Shown: piece after piece, positions 27,879-38,739 of the stretch
How the letters are laid out: the number at the start of each line of letters is the position of its first letter
Numbering within the stretch: the stretch's first letter is position 1
Source: Candidatus Omnitrophota bacterium
GTDB taxonomy: Bacteria > Omnitrophota > Gorgyraeia > Zapsychrales > Fredricksoniimonadaceae
Reading direction: 5' to 3'
NCBI GenBank assembly: GCA_903944345.1
Contig: CAJARJ010000012.1
Location: 68,266 to 132,265, forward strand
DNA: 64,000 nucleotides
The notes under the pieces: model-generated
Told to the model about the DNA's origin: nothing
The model's input: only the letters and a program-made list of their open reading frames with translations
The model's database searches: none
Program-made: the position numbers and the translations under genes

Positions 27879-29426
27879 TTAGCGGCCTGGTAACTCTATG
27901 TCCAACAAAATTCCTGCCAGGTTCCGGGCAATCAGGCGGTTGCCATGCGCAGTGCAATGACCGAAATCTCCGGCAAAATTATCCGAAAAGTACCTGGCAA
28001 AGCCTTCCTTGGCCAGAGCGGAGATAAAACTGGTGCGGTTTTCGACAAAAACAATCCCGCTGTCAGCCGAAAATATGGCGCGCAAGGGCTCCAGACGGCG
28101 CACGGGATATTGCATGACAACCATGCGTGCGCCTGAAGCGCGCACTGCATCAACTATCCGGTTATAATTGTGGACTGTCACCGGCAAATACTGGTCCATG
28201 CGTTTCTGCTGTACGACCGCCTCGTTACGATATACCTGGGCAGCCGCCGTTTTCCCCTGTTTTTCGCACACCTCGGCCAAAAGAATAATGGTGGTGTGAT
28301 CCCAGCCATTAAGCTGCCGGGCCTGAAGCAGAGCCTGTTCTGCCTCGGCATAAAAGCCATGTTCGTCAAGCATTGCCCCGATTTCCAGATAAATCCACTC
28401 CGAACTTATTTTGAGCGACACCAGACGCATAAAAACATTCCTGGCGTCAGTGACTTTGCCTAGCCCCAGAAGCACCTTGCCCATTTCAAGCAGAAAAAAA
28501 GGCTCATCCGGCGCAAACCCCAGCATGCGATCAAGCAGAACAAGAGCGTTTGTGTAACGACCCAGCATCCTGAGGGACCGTATATATTCCATAATAATGA
28601 GCGGATCATTCACGCGCAATGACAAAGCCTCGTCAAAAATATCCAGAGCCTTTTGGTAATGCCCGTTAAATGTCTGCAAAAAACCGATTTCTTTCAGAAG
28701 AACAAACATGCGCTCGTCCAGAAGCTCCTTGCGACGGGCAAGCTCCTTGCTCAGCTCCTGCGGAAGGTCTGTCCGGGACAGGTCAGACTCAACGTCCTGC
28801 CTGAGCTTCCTGAGAACCACCAGGTCATCACTCAGTCCGGAAAGTCCGCGCTGAGGAGTTACGGGCAGATGCTGCTCCACAACTGCTGATGACAAATCCG
28901 GTGAAACGCCCTCGCCTGTGCCCAAACGCCGGGAAAGATGCTGGCCCAGAAGTCCAAAAAACTTGACAACTCTCAACCGCCTGAAAAACTCCGCCGGACC
29001 TGGGCGCCCCCCAACCGGCAGGGTGGCAGCTGCGTCATTTACGCCAATCATGCCAACCACAATATGAGGACGATACTGCTTCAGATCGCGTAACAGCTGA
29101 TCGTAAATGTCATAGGAATTCTTGCTGACCATCCCCCGGTTGATAACCTTGTAGGATATTGAGGAGGATTTATCGTTAAGAAGACGTTCAAGAAATGCCG
29201 GATAGGAATTAACACCACCCAGAGCCGTAGTGGACTCTCCGATACACAGAATCCGAACCTCGTTAGAATCAAAGGAAACCCTGTTGGCCTGCTGCTGGCG
29301 AAAAAGGAAAATAGCCCCGCCAACCCGAAAAAGAAGCTCCAGCAAGACAAGCGCGAAAAGAACTCCAAAGAAAAAAAGAAACAACTTCGCGCGTAATGTT
29401 GTGCCCACAGCCTCGGTCGTAATCAT
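27879..29426 (-). CDS. TPR-repeat protein with split SGNH/GDSL-hydrolase-like N- and C-terminal segments and an N-terminal TM.
   Basis: GES(TT) block, central TPR repeats, and a C-terminal DxxH block (GDFGHCTAHG). Confidence 0.45.
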   Translation of the reverse strand: MITTEAVGTTLRAKLFLFFFGVLFALVLLELLFRVGGAIFLFRQQQANRVSFDSNEVRILCIGESTTALGGVNSYPAFLERLLNDKSSSISYKVINRGMVSKNSYDIYDQLLRDLKQYRPHIVVGMIGVNDAAATLPVGGRPGPAEFFRRLRVVKFFGLLGQHLSRRLGTGEGVSPDLSSAVVEQHLPVTPQRGLSGLSDDLVVLRKLRQDVESDLSRTDLPQELSKELARRKELLDERMFVLLKEIGFLQTFNGHYQKALDIFDEALSLRVNDPLIIMEYIRSLRMLGRYTNALVLLDRMLGFAPDEPFFLLEMGKVLLGLGKVTDARNVFMRLVSLKISSEWIYLEIGAMLDEHGFYAEAEQALLQARQLNGWDHTTIILLAEVCEKQGKTAAAQVYRNEAVVQQKRMDQYLPVTVHNYNRIVDAVRASGARMVVMQYPVRRLEPLRAIFSADSGIVFVENRTSFISALAKEGFARYFSDNFAGDFGHCTAHGNRLIARNLAGILLDIELPGR

Positions 29427-29935
29427 CAGTTTCCGGGAGTACCGATAAGATCGATGGTTTGCCCCTCGGGATTGGTCAACGGGACTTCCCCTTCGAGGAT
29501 ATTGACGCCATTGCGAGTTTCGCTGATTTCCGCCCCCACCATGATCTCGTCGCCAGCGCTCATTTCGAGCGAAGAGCCTGTTGTAAGCATAACCTGGGCA
29601 TCACCGGCCAGCACCTGAATTGTAGCAGAATTGGTAAAGTCGTAACTAATATCCACAATAACACCCGGGACCATCAGCACAGTCTGAAATCCTGCTGTAA
29701 CCTGAACCGTGGAAATATCCGTAGTCGAAATCTCGGCTTCCCCGCTGAGAACCTCGATCGCTGCCCCCTCCGGAACGGGAGGAAGGGTTTCTCCTGGTAA
29801 ATATGTACGCACATCTCCGGACGAAAGGATGACCTTGAACTCTCCTGTGCGCTTGCCGACATTGATAGCGGCCTGGGACACATTGTCAAACGCAAAAAGA
29901 ACAAACAGCGATGAAAGAAAAAGTCTGGAAAACAT
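29426..29935 (-). CDS. Secreted hypothetical protein.
   Basis: Signal peptide MFSRLFLSSLFVLFAF. Repetitive beta-rich sequence. Confidence 0.4.
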   Translation of the reverse strand: MFSRLFLSSLFVLFAFDNVSQAAINVGKRTGEFKVILSSGDVRTYLPGETLPPVPEGAAIEVLSGEAEISTTDISTVQVTAGFQTVLMVPGVIVDISYDFTNSATIQVLAGDAQVMLTTGSSLEMSAGDEIMVGAEISETRNGVNILEGEVPLTNPEGQTIDLIGTPGN

Positions 29936-30030
29936 AATTCCTCCTTTTAAGATCCGGATAAAAAAGAGCAAAGACCGCCTGCAATCAAACGGTACGCCCT
30001 TCCTAAAGCTAACATAGCGATACCATGAAA

Positions 30031-31707
30031 TCAACGCAGAAGTCCGGATTCTCCAGAGTCAACACTCATCAACTCCTCGGCCCGGGCCAGCGCATCCTTC
30101 ATGCTGAAAAGAACGTTCTTTTCTCCAATCATCTCGTAAAGATTGGTTTTGACCATTTCATTCAGCGGCTGCAGATGTATTCCTGTCACCAGCAGATGAA
30201 TCCCCTTGCGCCGGGAACGATCATAAAAACTTTTCAGAGCATGCATCCCTGATGAATCGATCAAAGGCACATCCTTGAAACGAAGAATTCGAACCTGTGG
30301 TTTACGGCTGACCTGACGGTCAACCTCGTCAAAGCTGTTGGCTGCACCAAAAAACAAGGGGCCATTGATTTCATAAACATCAACCCCGGGAGGAACATGA
30401 AACTCGGGTAACGGGGTTTCCTGACGGGTTTCCTGCTGACTGAACTCGTGCGCTATTACCCGAATAGCCGTTGCATCTGACATGCGTTTCATGAAAATAA
30501 AAGCCGACATCACCACCCCGGCCTCGATAGCAACATTAAGATCCACAAAAATAGTCAAACCAAAAGTAGCCAAAAGCACCAGTCGCCCGCCATTGGACCA
30601 TTTGAGCAATTCAACGAAAGAACGCCATTCACTCATATGGTAGGCAACAACCACCAGAATGCCGGCCAAACACGCCAAAGGAACAAATCTGATCCAGTAG
30701 CCGAAAAACAGCATAATTAAAAGAACTGTCACTGCGTGAACAATGCCAGCAACAGGCGTTCTCCCCCCATTTTTAACATTGGTAACTGTACGAGCGATCG
30801 CTCCGGTCGCAGGGATGCCTCCAAACAGGGCCGAAGCAATATTAGCCACACCCTGACCGATCAACTCGGTATTGGAGCGATGACGACCGCCGATCATCCC
30901 GTCAGCAACAATGGCTGATAAAAGGGATTCAATCGCCCCCAGCAGAGCTATGGCGACAGCCGGCTGAAAAAGTTCCCTGATTCTGGCAAGAGAAAACGCG
31001 GGCCAATGCGGCACCGGTAAAGTATGCGGCAACTCACCAAACCGGCTGCCAATAGTCTCGACCGGAAGGCCCAGAAAAGCCGCCAGTGCCGAAACCGATA
31101 CCAGAGCAATGAGCGCTCCGGGAATACGTTTGGAAAAACGGGGAAAGATAATAATAATCCCCACCGTCAAAAACGCCAAAGCCAGTGCATAAAGATTTAT
31201 AGTGGATATATGTTCAATAAAAACTTGCCACTTCTCCAGGAACTCGGCCGGAACCTGGGCTATCTCAAGACCCAGGAAGTCCTTGACCTGGGATGAAAAG
31301 ATAATAACCGCAATCCCGCTGGTAAAACCCACAATAACGGAATGCGGAATGAACTTGACCATAGTGCCCAGACCGGACAACCCCATGATCAATAATAGAA
31401 ACCCCGCCATTAACGTGGCAATCACCAGCCCGTCAAAGCCGTGCTTCTGGACGATACCGTACACAATTACAACAAAAGCCCCGGTAGGCCCCCCGATCTG
31501 AACCCGGCTGCCTCCCAGCACAGACACAAGAAAACCGGCTATAACCGCCGTGAATAACCCCTTGTCCGGAGAAACACCGGAAGCGATGGCAAAAGCAATG
31601 GCCAGCGGAATGGCCACGACACCAACCACAAATCCGGCGATACAATCAGCAACAAACTGATCCTTGTTGTAATCCTTAAGACAGGTGAACAACTTCGGGG
31701 CAAACAT
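30031..31707 (-). CDS. SulP-family anion transporter with a C-terminal STAS domain.
   Basis: 558 aa. Multiple TM helices plus STAS. Confidence 0.8.
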   Translation of the reverse strand: MFAPKLFTCLKDYNKDQFVADCIAGFVVGVVAIPLAIAFAIASGVSPDKGLFTAVIAGFLVSVLGGSRVQIGGPTGAFVVIVYGIVQKHGFDGLVIATLMAGFLLLIMGLSGLGTMVKFIPHSVIVGFTSGIAVIIFSSQVKDFLGLEIAQVPAEFLEKWQVFIEHISTINLYALALAFLTVGIIIIFPRFSKRIPGALIALVSVSALAAFLGLPVETIGSRFGELPHTLPVPHWPAFSLARIRELFQPAVAIALLGAIESLLSAIVADGMIGGRHRSNTELIGQGVANIASALFGGIPATGAIARTVTNVKNGGRTPVAGIVHAVTVLLIMLFFGYWIRFVPLACLAGILVVVAYHMSEWRSFVELLKWSNGGRLVLLATFGLTIFVDLNVAIEAGVVMSAFIFMKRMSDATAIRVIAHEFSQQETRQETPLPEFHVPPGVDVYEINGPLFFGAANSFDEVDRQVSRKPQVRILRFKDVPLIDSSGMHALKSFYDRSRRKGIHLLVTGIHLQPLNEMVKTNLYEMIGEKNVLFSMKDALARAEELMSVDSGESGLLR

Positions 31708-31780
31708 AAAACAACCTTTCTGTTACTGCGACTTGACAAGCAAAAGCCAGACTATACAGCTCGGCCAGCACCGAAAAATA

Positions 31781-32104
31781 TTACTTTTCCTGTCGCTTGA
31801 GAAGATTAATACATCTGACTACGATAAATATCGCAACAGCTATAATGAAAAAATCAATAACATTATTAATGAAGAGGCCATAATTCAATGTCACAGCTGG
31901 CACATCCGGTGCGGCTGCTTTAAGAACCAGTTTCAGATTCTTGAAGTCAACACCGCCAAGAAGCAAGCCGACCGGCGGCATGATAATATCGGTCACCAGC
32001 GAACTGACGATTTTCCCGAAACCGGCACCAATCACTATACCCACAGCCATATCCACTGCATTACCCTTGACTGCAAACTCCTGAAATTCCTTGACGATAG
32101 ACAT
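31781..32104 (-). CDS. mscL: Large-conductance mechanosensitive channel.
   Basis: [28 protein letters not shown]. Confidence 0.85.
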   Translation of the reverse strand: MSIVKEFQEFAVKGNAVDMAVGIVIGAGFGKIVSSLVTDIIMPPVGLLLGGVDFKNLKLVLKAAAPDVPAVTLNYGLFINNVIDFFIIAVAIFIVVRCINLLKRQEK

Positions 32105-32178
32105 GTATTTGTCCTTTCAATAATAATGGTTTGCGTTAAGTTAAATTATTATAACCATGCTCTTTGGAAAACAGGGAA

Positions 32179-35100
32179 TCAGAATAAATCTTTTTTCTTT
32201 GCCCGCCATTCCAGCCGGCTAAGAAGAAGATAAACGCAGGGCACAACAAAGAGAGAGAAAAATGTAGAAACAACCGTGCCACCGATGATGGTCAGACCCA
32301 TTGGAGTACGCGTTTCCTGGCCGATACTGTTGCCAATAACCAGCGGCAGGGCCGCGGCCACAGTCGCCACCGAGGTCATCACAATCGGACGCAAGCGGAT
32401 CGGGCATGCGTGAACAAGCGCTTGCTGGACACTGAGGGCAGGACTGGATCGGCGAACCTGGTTGGTGAATTCTACAAGCAGGATGGCATTCTTTTTAGCG
32501 ATACCCATAAGAACAATGATGCCAATAAAACTGAAAAGATTGAGCGAAATACCGGTCATCCACAAAATAAGAAACACGCCCGTAAAGCTAAAGGGCAGCG
32601 ACATAAGCACCGTCACCGGATGCACAAAGGAATTAAACTGAATAGCCAGGATCATATAGGCGACCATGATCCCCATGACTAGCGCTCCCCCCAGACTTTT
32701 GAAAGTCTCGGTAAGACCGGCAGACGCACCTTCCAGAGCCAGATGATAGTCTTCCGGTAGAATTTCACGGGCAATGGCCTGAGCACGCGCCACAACCTGA
32801 CCCTGGGCATAGCCTCCGGCCGTATTACCAAAAATACCAATCGCGCGCTGACGGTTGATACGCGTAATAGACTGATAGGAAGACGACTCGCTGATATCCA
32901 CCAGCCGGGATAATGAAACCAGGTTGCCAAACTGGTTACGGACAAAAATCTTTTCTATATCTTTGGCAGAAGAGACGTATTCCTGAGGAAGCTTGATCCT
33001 GACATCATAGCGCTTGGCTTCGGCTGTATAACGACTTTGACGCGTTCCGGCCACAGCAACATTAAGAGTGCTGGCCACTGACTCAATGGAAACCCCATGC
33101 TCCGCCATCTTCTCGCGATTCGGGCGGATCAACAGTTCCGGAAGACCGCTGCGAAAGTCTGTGTCCATCTCCTGCGCAAAACCTTCGTCGGTCAGACGCT
33201 TGATGAGTTCGGCAGATTTCTTTTCCAGAATACCCAGGTCAGGTCCGGTCATAATAAAAGAAAGCGGATTAAGACGCCCGCTGGTCAGGTTGCGGGCCGA
33301 AATGTCGCGCATCGTCACGCGCACCCCTTTGACTTCCTTGAACCGTGCACGCAAATCCTCCATCACCTGCTGATGATTTTTTGCCCTGTACTTGCGGTCT
33401 TTAAGGGTGACCGGAAAAGACATCTGGTTGACTTCGGATGCGCCTCCCCCTCCGCCGATCGAAACCAGAAAACCCTCAACCTCGGGCTGAGCACTTATGA
33501 TAGTCTCCAGTGCTAGGGCTTTCTGCCGGGTTGTTTCCAGAGAGGTTCCAGGGGGAGTCTGTGCGCTAACAAAAATAAAATTCTGATCCTGCGCCGGAAC
33601 GAACTCCTGCTTGACGAGGGGCACCAGAAGCAGGGATCCGGCAAAGATGGCCAATGTTATGCCCACCACAAGCCAGGGCACACGAAGGATCCGCTGCAGG
33701 CCCCCCTGATAAACGCAAGCAAGCCTGCTTGAAACGACCTCAAGCCAGTGTTCAAAACGCGAAATTTTCGGCGCGGTGCCCAGCAGGGCCGCGGCCCGCA
33801 TCGGAGTGATCGTAACGGCTTCGAGCAAAGATAACATAACCGCGGCAGACATGGTTACGCCAAACTGGTAAAAGAATTTTCCGATAATCCCGTCCATAAA
33901 AACCACCGGAAGGAACACCGCCACAACCGCCAGACTTGCTGCCGTAGCCGCAGGCAAAATCTCGATAGCTCCGTCATAAGCCGCCTGGGCCGGAAGTTTA
34001 CCCATGCGGTAATGCCGCACAATATTTTCAAGGAGCATAATGGCATCGTCCACAACAATCGAAACCGCCAAAGTCAACGCCAGAAGGGTAAAAAGATTGA
34101 GAGTAAAGCCGGAGAAATATATGACCAGAAACGTTCCGATGATCGAAGTGGGAATGGAAAAAAGGATATTCAAGGCGGCCTGCCAGCTGCCCAAAAACAG
34201 CAGACAAACCAGAATCGTTACCACGCTTGCCGTGATCAATTTGCTGTAGGTTGTATGAACTACCGCCTCTGTCGGCTTGGTAAAATTAGCGTTTACACGA
34301 TAATGGTAGCCTTCCGGCAGGTGTGCTTCCAGTTCCTTGAGCTTTCGCTCGATAGCCCGGCCAACCTCTACTTCGTTGGAGCCTCTCTGCTTGCGGACAG
34401 ATGCGCTGACAGCTTCCTTGCCATTGACCCGCGCCAGACGGCGGATATCCGAAAGGCCGTCTTCTATCGCCGCCATATCGCCCAACCGATAAACCTTGTC
34501 CTGTATCACTTGCCCGCCACGCCTGAGGATCTGGATATTCTTCATTTCCTCAATACCGGCAACTTCTCCCATCCAACGCACACGCAACTCGCGGCTCTCC
34601 TGCGTGTACTGTCCCGCGGCAGTCTCCAGATGCTGGGACTGCAAGGCATCGGCCAGATCCAGAACAGTCAGGTCGGCTTCTTTTAATTTAAGCGGGTCAG
34701 GCCAGATGCGCACATTGCGTTCACTAAACCCGCCAATAGAAACCTCGCCAACCCCGTGCACAAAACGCAGCTGGTCGAGAAAATAATTATCCATAAACAG
34801 AATCACATCGCGGACAGGTCTGTCGGCATAAAGCGAAACAAACATAATCGGCGATTCTTCAGGATTCTTTTTACGAATAACCGGCGGATCTACCTCTGAT
34901 GGCAACCGCAGCTGGCTCAATGCCGCCTGGACTTCCTGGAGTGCGATATCCACATCACGATTGATATCAAAATCCAGACGAATCGATCCCTGGCCCTGAC
35001 GAACCGTGGATTTCATCTCGACAAGCCCCTCGATCGAAAGCAGGCGCTGTTCCATCTGGTCGATAATATCCGACTCGATTACCTCGGGAGCAGCACCTTC

Positions 35101-35253
35101 ATAAGACACAGAAATATCAAGAATAGGAAAATCGATATCGGGCATTTGGCTGATGCCCAGACGATTGAGGGCAATAGCACCAAAAATAATCAGCGCGGAC
35201 ATAAGAATCCACGCAAAAACGGTACGCTCAATAGCTAAGCGGATAAGGTTCAT
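32179..35253 (-). CDS. RND efflux transporter (AcrB/HAE family).
   Basis: 1024 aa, 12-TM RND architecture. Confidence 0.85.
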   Translation of the reverse strand: MNLIRLAIERTVFAWILMSALIIFGAIALNRLGISQMPDIDFPILDISVSYEGAAPEVIESDIIDQMEQRLLSIEGLVEMKSTVRQGQGSIRLDFDINRDVDIALQEVQAALSQLRLPSEVDPPVIRKKNPEESPIMFVSLYADRPVRDVILFMDNYFLDQLRFVHGVGEVSIGGFSERNVRIWPDPLKLKEADLTVLDLADALQSQHLETAAGQYTQESRELRVRWMGEVAGIEEMKNIQILRRGGQVIQDKVYRLGDMAAIEDGLSDIRRLARVNGKEAVSASVRKQRGSNEVEVGRAIERKLKELEAHLPEGYHYRVNANFTKPTEAVVHTTYSKLITASVVTILVCLLFLGSWQAALNILFSIPTSIIGTFLVIYFSGFTLNLFTLLALTLAVSIVVDDAIMLLENIVRHYRMGKLPAQAAYDGAIEILPAATAASLAVVAVFLPVVFMDGIIGKFFYQFGVTMSAAVMLSLLEAVTITPMRAAALLGTAPKISRFEHWLEVVSSRLACVYQGGLQRILRVPWLVVGITLAIFAGSLLLVPLVKQEFVPAQDQNFIFVSAQTPPGTSLETTRQKALALETIISAQPEVEGFLVSIGGGGGASEVNQMSFPVTLKDRKYRAKNHQQVMEDLRARFKEVKGVRVTMRDISARNLTSGRLNPLSFIMTGPDLGILEKKSAELIKRLTDEGFAQEMDTDFRSGLPELLIRPNREKMAEHGVSIESVASTLNVAVAGTRQSRYTAEAKRYDVRIKLPQEYVSSAKDIEKIFVRNQFGNLVSLSRLVDISESSSYQSITRINRQRAIGIFGNTAGGYAQGQVVARAQAIAREILPEDYHLALEGASAGLTETFKSLGGALVMGIMVAYMILAIQFNSFVHPVTVLMSLPFSFTGVFLILWMTGISLNLFSFIGIIVLMGIAKKNAILLVEFTNQVRRSSPALSVQQALVHACPIRLRPIVMTSVATVAAALPLVIGNSIGQETRTPMGLTIIGGTVVSTFFSLFVVPCVYLLLSRLEWRAKKKDLF

Positions 35254-36677
35254 GGCGCAACACTCCCCCGCATAACAAAAAGACGGGCCCGGGCTTCTGT
35301 CTGACGGAGTTGGCGCAGCTGCTCAAGCACCAGCAGTTGACTCTCGGCTGCGTCTTGTTCAAAAGTGATGGCCTGAAACGCTGTGGAACGCCCTTTCTCG
35401 AAACGTAAACGCTCCTCGCGGCTCTTGTCATGCTGAAGTCTGGACAACTCCCTGGCAATTCCAAGGCGCTGCTTTTGCTCGCTGAGCGTCCTTTCCAGTT
35501 CAGACCACTGGATAGAGGACTGTCTTTCCAGCTTTTGCGCCCGAATTTCACCCGAACTGGCGGCAATATCGGCACTCTCCCGTGCCTTACGAATCAGACT
35601 GCGGCCCAAAGGAACAGAAAACACAATACCGATCTGATGATAGTCATTGTGTCGGGAGAAAGCCTGATCCCTGGCTCCCGATAATGACGGATGGAACCCC
35701 TGCTGACCATATGAATACCCGAGTTCCAGCCGGGGCTTTAACTGATCCGAGGCCAGACGGGCCTTGGCTTTAAGCAATCCGGCTTCGGACCGGGACTGCA
35801 GACTCCGGATGAGCACAGGGTATTCCGGAGCAAAATCCGCCCGGGCCGCCAACGAGACGAGAGGACGTTCATTCTCCAGATCCATATCCTCGGGAACAAG
35901 GTCACCTGGAAAAGAAATCTGCTCTTTAAGACGAGCCTGACTGGCCTTGAGGGTGTCTGCGGCCAGCTGAAGCTGTAATTCACGACCGGAAACCAATGCC
36001 TGGGCCTGAAGAATATCCACACGCTCGGCGGCTGAACGATTAAAACGCTCCTCTATCCAGGAAAGAATCCGCCGGCTTCGTTCGAGGTTTTCCTCGCGAA
36101 TGACAAGTTCCTGTCGGGTAGCGGCGATATCCCAATACAATTCTTCGAATACCGCAAGAGCTTCCTGCCGCTGAAGCAGAAGAGCCAGCAAACGGCTTTG
36201 CTGTTCGTTCCAGTCGCGTTCACGCCGGAGAGCTGTCTGGCGGCCAAAAGCATCCTGCCATAATGACTGGGAAACACCCAGCTGCCAGTTTAGAAGGCTT
36301 TGCGCATCATCCGTCGAAAGATAATCTGCTGTTTCCAGATAAGACGATGCGTCCAGGCGTGTGCCCGTTGCAGTGGGTTTACTCAAAAGAATTTCGGTGC
36401 TTTGGCCGGATAATTTTCGATTTGAAGAAGAGCTGGGGCGATTATCCCAGAATTTCTGCAGTCCGACACTCATGGTTGGAGCAAGTTCCAGATCGCGGGC
36501 GGAAATCTCCAGATCAAGTACCTGGATATCCTGCCGGATAGCTCGCAGGTCTTCCGAGCCGGAAAGAACCTGCTCCAAAAATGAATCCAGGGTCATGGCC
36601 ATGACCCCAGGTAACGGCATAGCAATAATAACAAGAAAAGCCGCCAGAACACCACGAAGGAATATGATAAGGATCAT
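35250..36677 (-). CDS. Outer membrane efflux protein (TolC/OMF family).
   Basis: 475 aa, signal peptide, tandem OEP repeats. 4-bp overlap with the RND gene. Confidence 0.7.
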   Translation of the reverse strand: MILIIFLRGVLAAFLVIIAMPLPGVMAMTLDSFLEQVLSGSEDLRAIRQDIQVLDLEISARDLELAPTMSVGLQKFWDNRPSSSSNRKLSGQSTEILLSKPTATGTRLDASSYLETADYLSTDDAQSLLNWQLGVSQSLWQDAFGRQTALRRERDWNEQQSRLLALLLQRQEALAVFEELYWDIAATRQELVIREENLERSRRILSWIEERFNRSAAERVDILQAQALVSGRELQLQLAADTLKASQARLKEQISFPGDLVPEDMDLENERPLVSLAARADFAPEYPVLIRSLQSRSEAGLLKAKARLASDQLKPRLELGYSYGQQGFHPSLSGARDQAFSRHNDYHQIGIVFSVPLGRSLIRKARESADIAASSGEIRAQKLERQSSIQWSELERTLSEQKQRLGIARELSRLQHDKSREERLRFEKGRSTAFQAITFEQDAAESQLLVLEQLRQLRQTEARARLFVMRGSVAP

Positions 36678-36922
36678 TACAGAACATTATTATAGATAGC
36701 CCTGCAAGTCAATCCTATTTTAAGCCCGATGGATCTTTATATTGCCCTAAAGACCCCCAGCTCACTGGCTGGCCGGATCAATTCGATCTGAGGCTCAAAC
36801 CCGTTAATTTGCACCTGCGAGAAATCCTGCTGGCTGGCCGGAAGAGGGACACCGTTGCCATCACGCAGAATCTGCATATCCAAAGACCTCTCGGCGAAAC
36901 CTCATCGATCAGAATAAGCCGA

Positions 36923-37345
36923 CTATTGAAGATCCCGATGCAAATACGGCAATCTTGTTCCAACTGATTCTGAAACAACCTCGACCGACCAGAAGGCATT
37001 GACCCACAGCCCAACGATTTTCTGCCTGGGGTAATAGCTCTTGAGGCGCTCAACAGAATCTCTGATCTGTTGACGATGAACCCTTTCATCCACCGGATTA
37101 CCCCGGCAATCATGATGACCAACAATAAACAAACGTGTTGATTGGTTAACATTCACCGAGATCGCAATGCTACGCAAAATTTCACCAATATCTTTCTGAG
37201 CAGACAGAACAGCATCCATCCCGGCCTCTGTAATGACATCAACAAAATCGACAGGATAATTAGCCTTGATCCACTGCAAAACCGGTAATTGCACCCGTCC
37301 ATCCATGCAATTCAAGCAAGTGGCCCTCACATCCATAAGATCCAT
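36923..37345 (-). CDS. Small Cys/His-motif protein, possibly beta-carbonic-anhydrase-like.
   Basis: CMDGRV and VGHHDCRG resemble the beta-CA zinc-ligand blocks (CxDxR, HxxC). Only 140 aa, with an in-frame stop 9 codons upstream of the ATG. Confidence 0.3.
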   Translation of the reverse strand: MDLMDVRATCLNCMDGRVQLPVLQWIKANYPVDFVDVITEAGMDAVLSAQKDIGEILRSIAISVNVNQSTRLFIVGHHDCRGNPVDERVHRQQIRDSVERLKSYYPRQKIVGLWVNAFWSVEVVSESVGTRLPYLHRDLQ

Positions 37346-37609
37346 TCCTTCCTCGTCGACAAGGTATTGTTATGATGTCCTGTCGTTCCCCTTCTGTAAA
37401 TCGCTTGTACTCCCCCGCGTCTGGCGAGATACTCGCGGGCGATCCACTGCGGCATGAATCCTGTCTGCCATGCGCCAGTGTGCTAATTAGGAATAAGAAC
37501 ATGCCTTGTTTGCAGCGTTTCCATTATTTTTATTTCGGATGACTATACTCTTGACTTATACATCCGTAAAACTTATAGTTTCTATGAATAACATCTATAA
37601 TATCTAATT

Positions 37610-38506
37610 ATGATCCCATTTAACTACCACCACCTTTTTTACTTCTATACGATCGCGCGAACTGGCTCGATTGCAAAAGCCTGCCAGAAACTAAATCTTG
37701 CCCAGCCTACCATCAGCACACAGCTGAAACAGTTTGAACGGGATATTAAGGCCAAATTATTTATCAGGGAAAAGAAGAGACTGACCCTCACTGAAGAAGG
37801 CCGGCATGTTCTGTTCTACGCGACAGAGATTTTTGATGTGGGACGTGAAATGATGGACAGCATGAATGACTATTCCTTGCACGGCGGACTGAAGATTCAG
37901 ATCGGAATATCAAATCTGGTCCCTAAAGCCATCGTGGATGCTCTTCTGCAGTTCCTGTACAAGACAGCCCCAGAAGTTTACATATCCGTCTATGAAGACA
38001 AAACCGAGACACTCCTTGAGGGACTAAGAACACACCTTCTGGATATAGCCGTTTCTGATACAATAAAGCTTTCCCACGACGAAGCTGATATCGAGCACCA
38101 CCTAGCAGCCAAATTACCGATCCTATTCTGCGCAAACCAAAGCCTGGCACTGAAATACAAACGATTTCCTAAAGATCTGAACGAAGCGCCGATAATATTC
38201 CCAACAAACCAAAGTCGCACACACGAAGCCTTGCATGAATTCTTTATTCGTCACAAGATTGAACCCAGGATAGTAGGCGAAATCCAGGATGTTGAACTTG
38301 TCAGGCGACTGGTTCTTGCTGGCATCGGGATCGCCCCGCTTAACAAATTCACCGTGACCCAGGCACCAAGCAAAGAGCCTCTCGTCATCCTGAACCCCAA
38401 AGCACAGCCATCCATCTTTGAGCATATTTATCTTCTGACCAAGAAGCGCAAAAAGAAGCACCCTCTGGTACCTCGCATCATTGAGCATTTCCCAACAATT
38501 TACTAG
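37610..38506 (+). CDS. LysR-family transcriptional regulator.
   Basis: N-terminal HTH YHHLFYFYTIARTGSIAKA. 298 aa. Divergent from the 140-aa gene. Confidence 0.8.
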   Translation: MIPFNYHHLFYFYTIARTGSIAKACQKLNLAQPTISTQLKQFERDIKAKLFIREKKRLTLTEEGRHVLFYATEIFDVGREMMDSMNDYSLHGGLKIQIGISNLVPKAIVDALLQFLYKTAPEVYISVYEDKTETLLEGLRTHLLDIAVSDTIKLSHDEADIEHHLAAKLPILFCANQSLALKYKRFPKDLNEAPIIFPTNQSRTHEALHEFFIRHKIEPRIVGEIQDVELVRRLVLAGIGIAPLNKFTVTQAPSKEPLVILNPKAQPSIFEHIYLLTKKRKKKHPLVPRIIEHFPTIY

Positions 38507-38529
38507 CCTAACTCTGCCTGAGCGTTGCC

Positions 38530-38735
38530 CTCTCAGCGGTACGGACATCTGCCAGTCGCTCGGACAATTTTCGCTCGCCTCGTTCTTCAACTCGCTTGGT
38601 GGCAGATATCCTGCCCGCTTGCGGGCAACCACAAGGCCTTTAGGATGCTCCTGTTCGTCGCATCCAGCGGGGCTCCTCTTCGAATCCTTTCTTATAAATT
38701 AAGAAAGCCTTCCGGATTCCCGGAAGGCTTTTCAA
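38530..38735 (+). ncRNA. Candidate small RNA / conserved tRNA-flanking element, copy B.
   Basis: Shares GCTCCTGTTCGTCGC-R-TC-Y-AGCGGG with 8223..8405. The hairpin GGAUGC-loop-GCAUCC is a compensatory variant of copy A. Ends in terminator 38706..38733. Confidence 0.3.
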
Positions 38736-38739
38736 ATAA

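Noticed and set aside
36778-37152. 124-aa ORF overlapping the beta-CA-like gene in another frame. Possible frameshifted longer carbonic anhydrase.
   Set aside because: The 140-aa frame has a good ribosome-binding site, an in-frame upstream stop and its own stop. The overlapping frame is Arg/Cys-rich noise. I cannot demonstrate a frameshift by eye.
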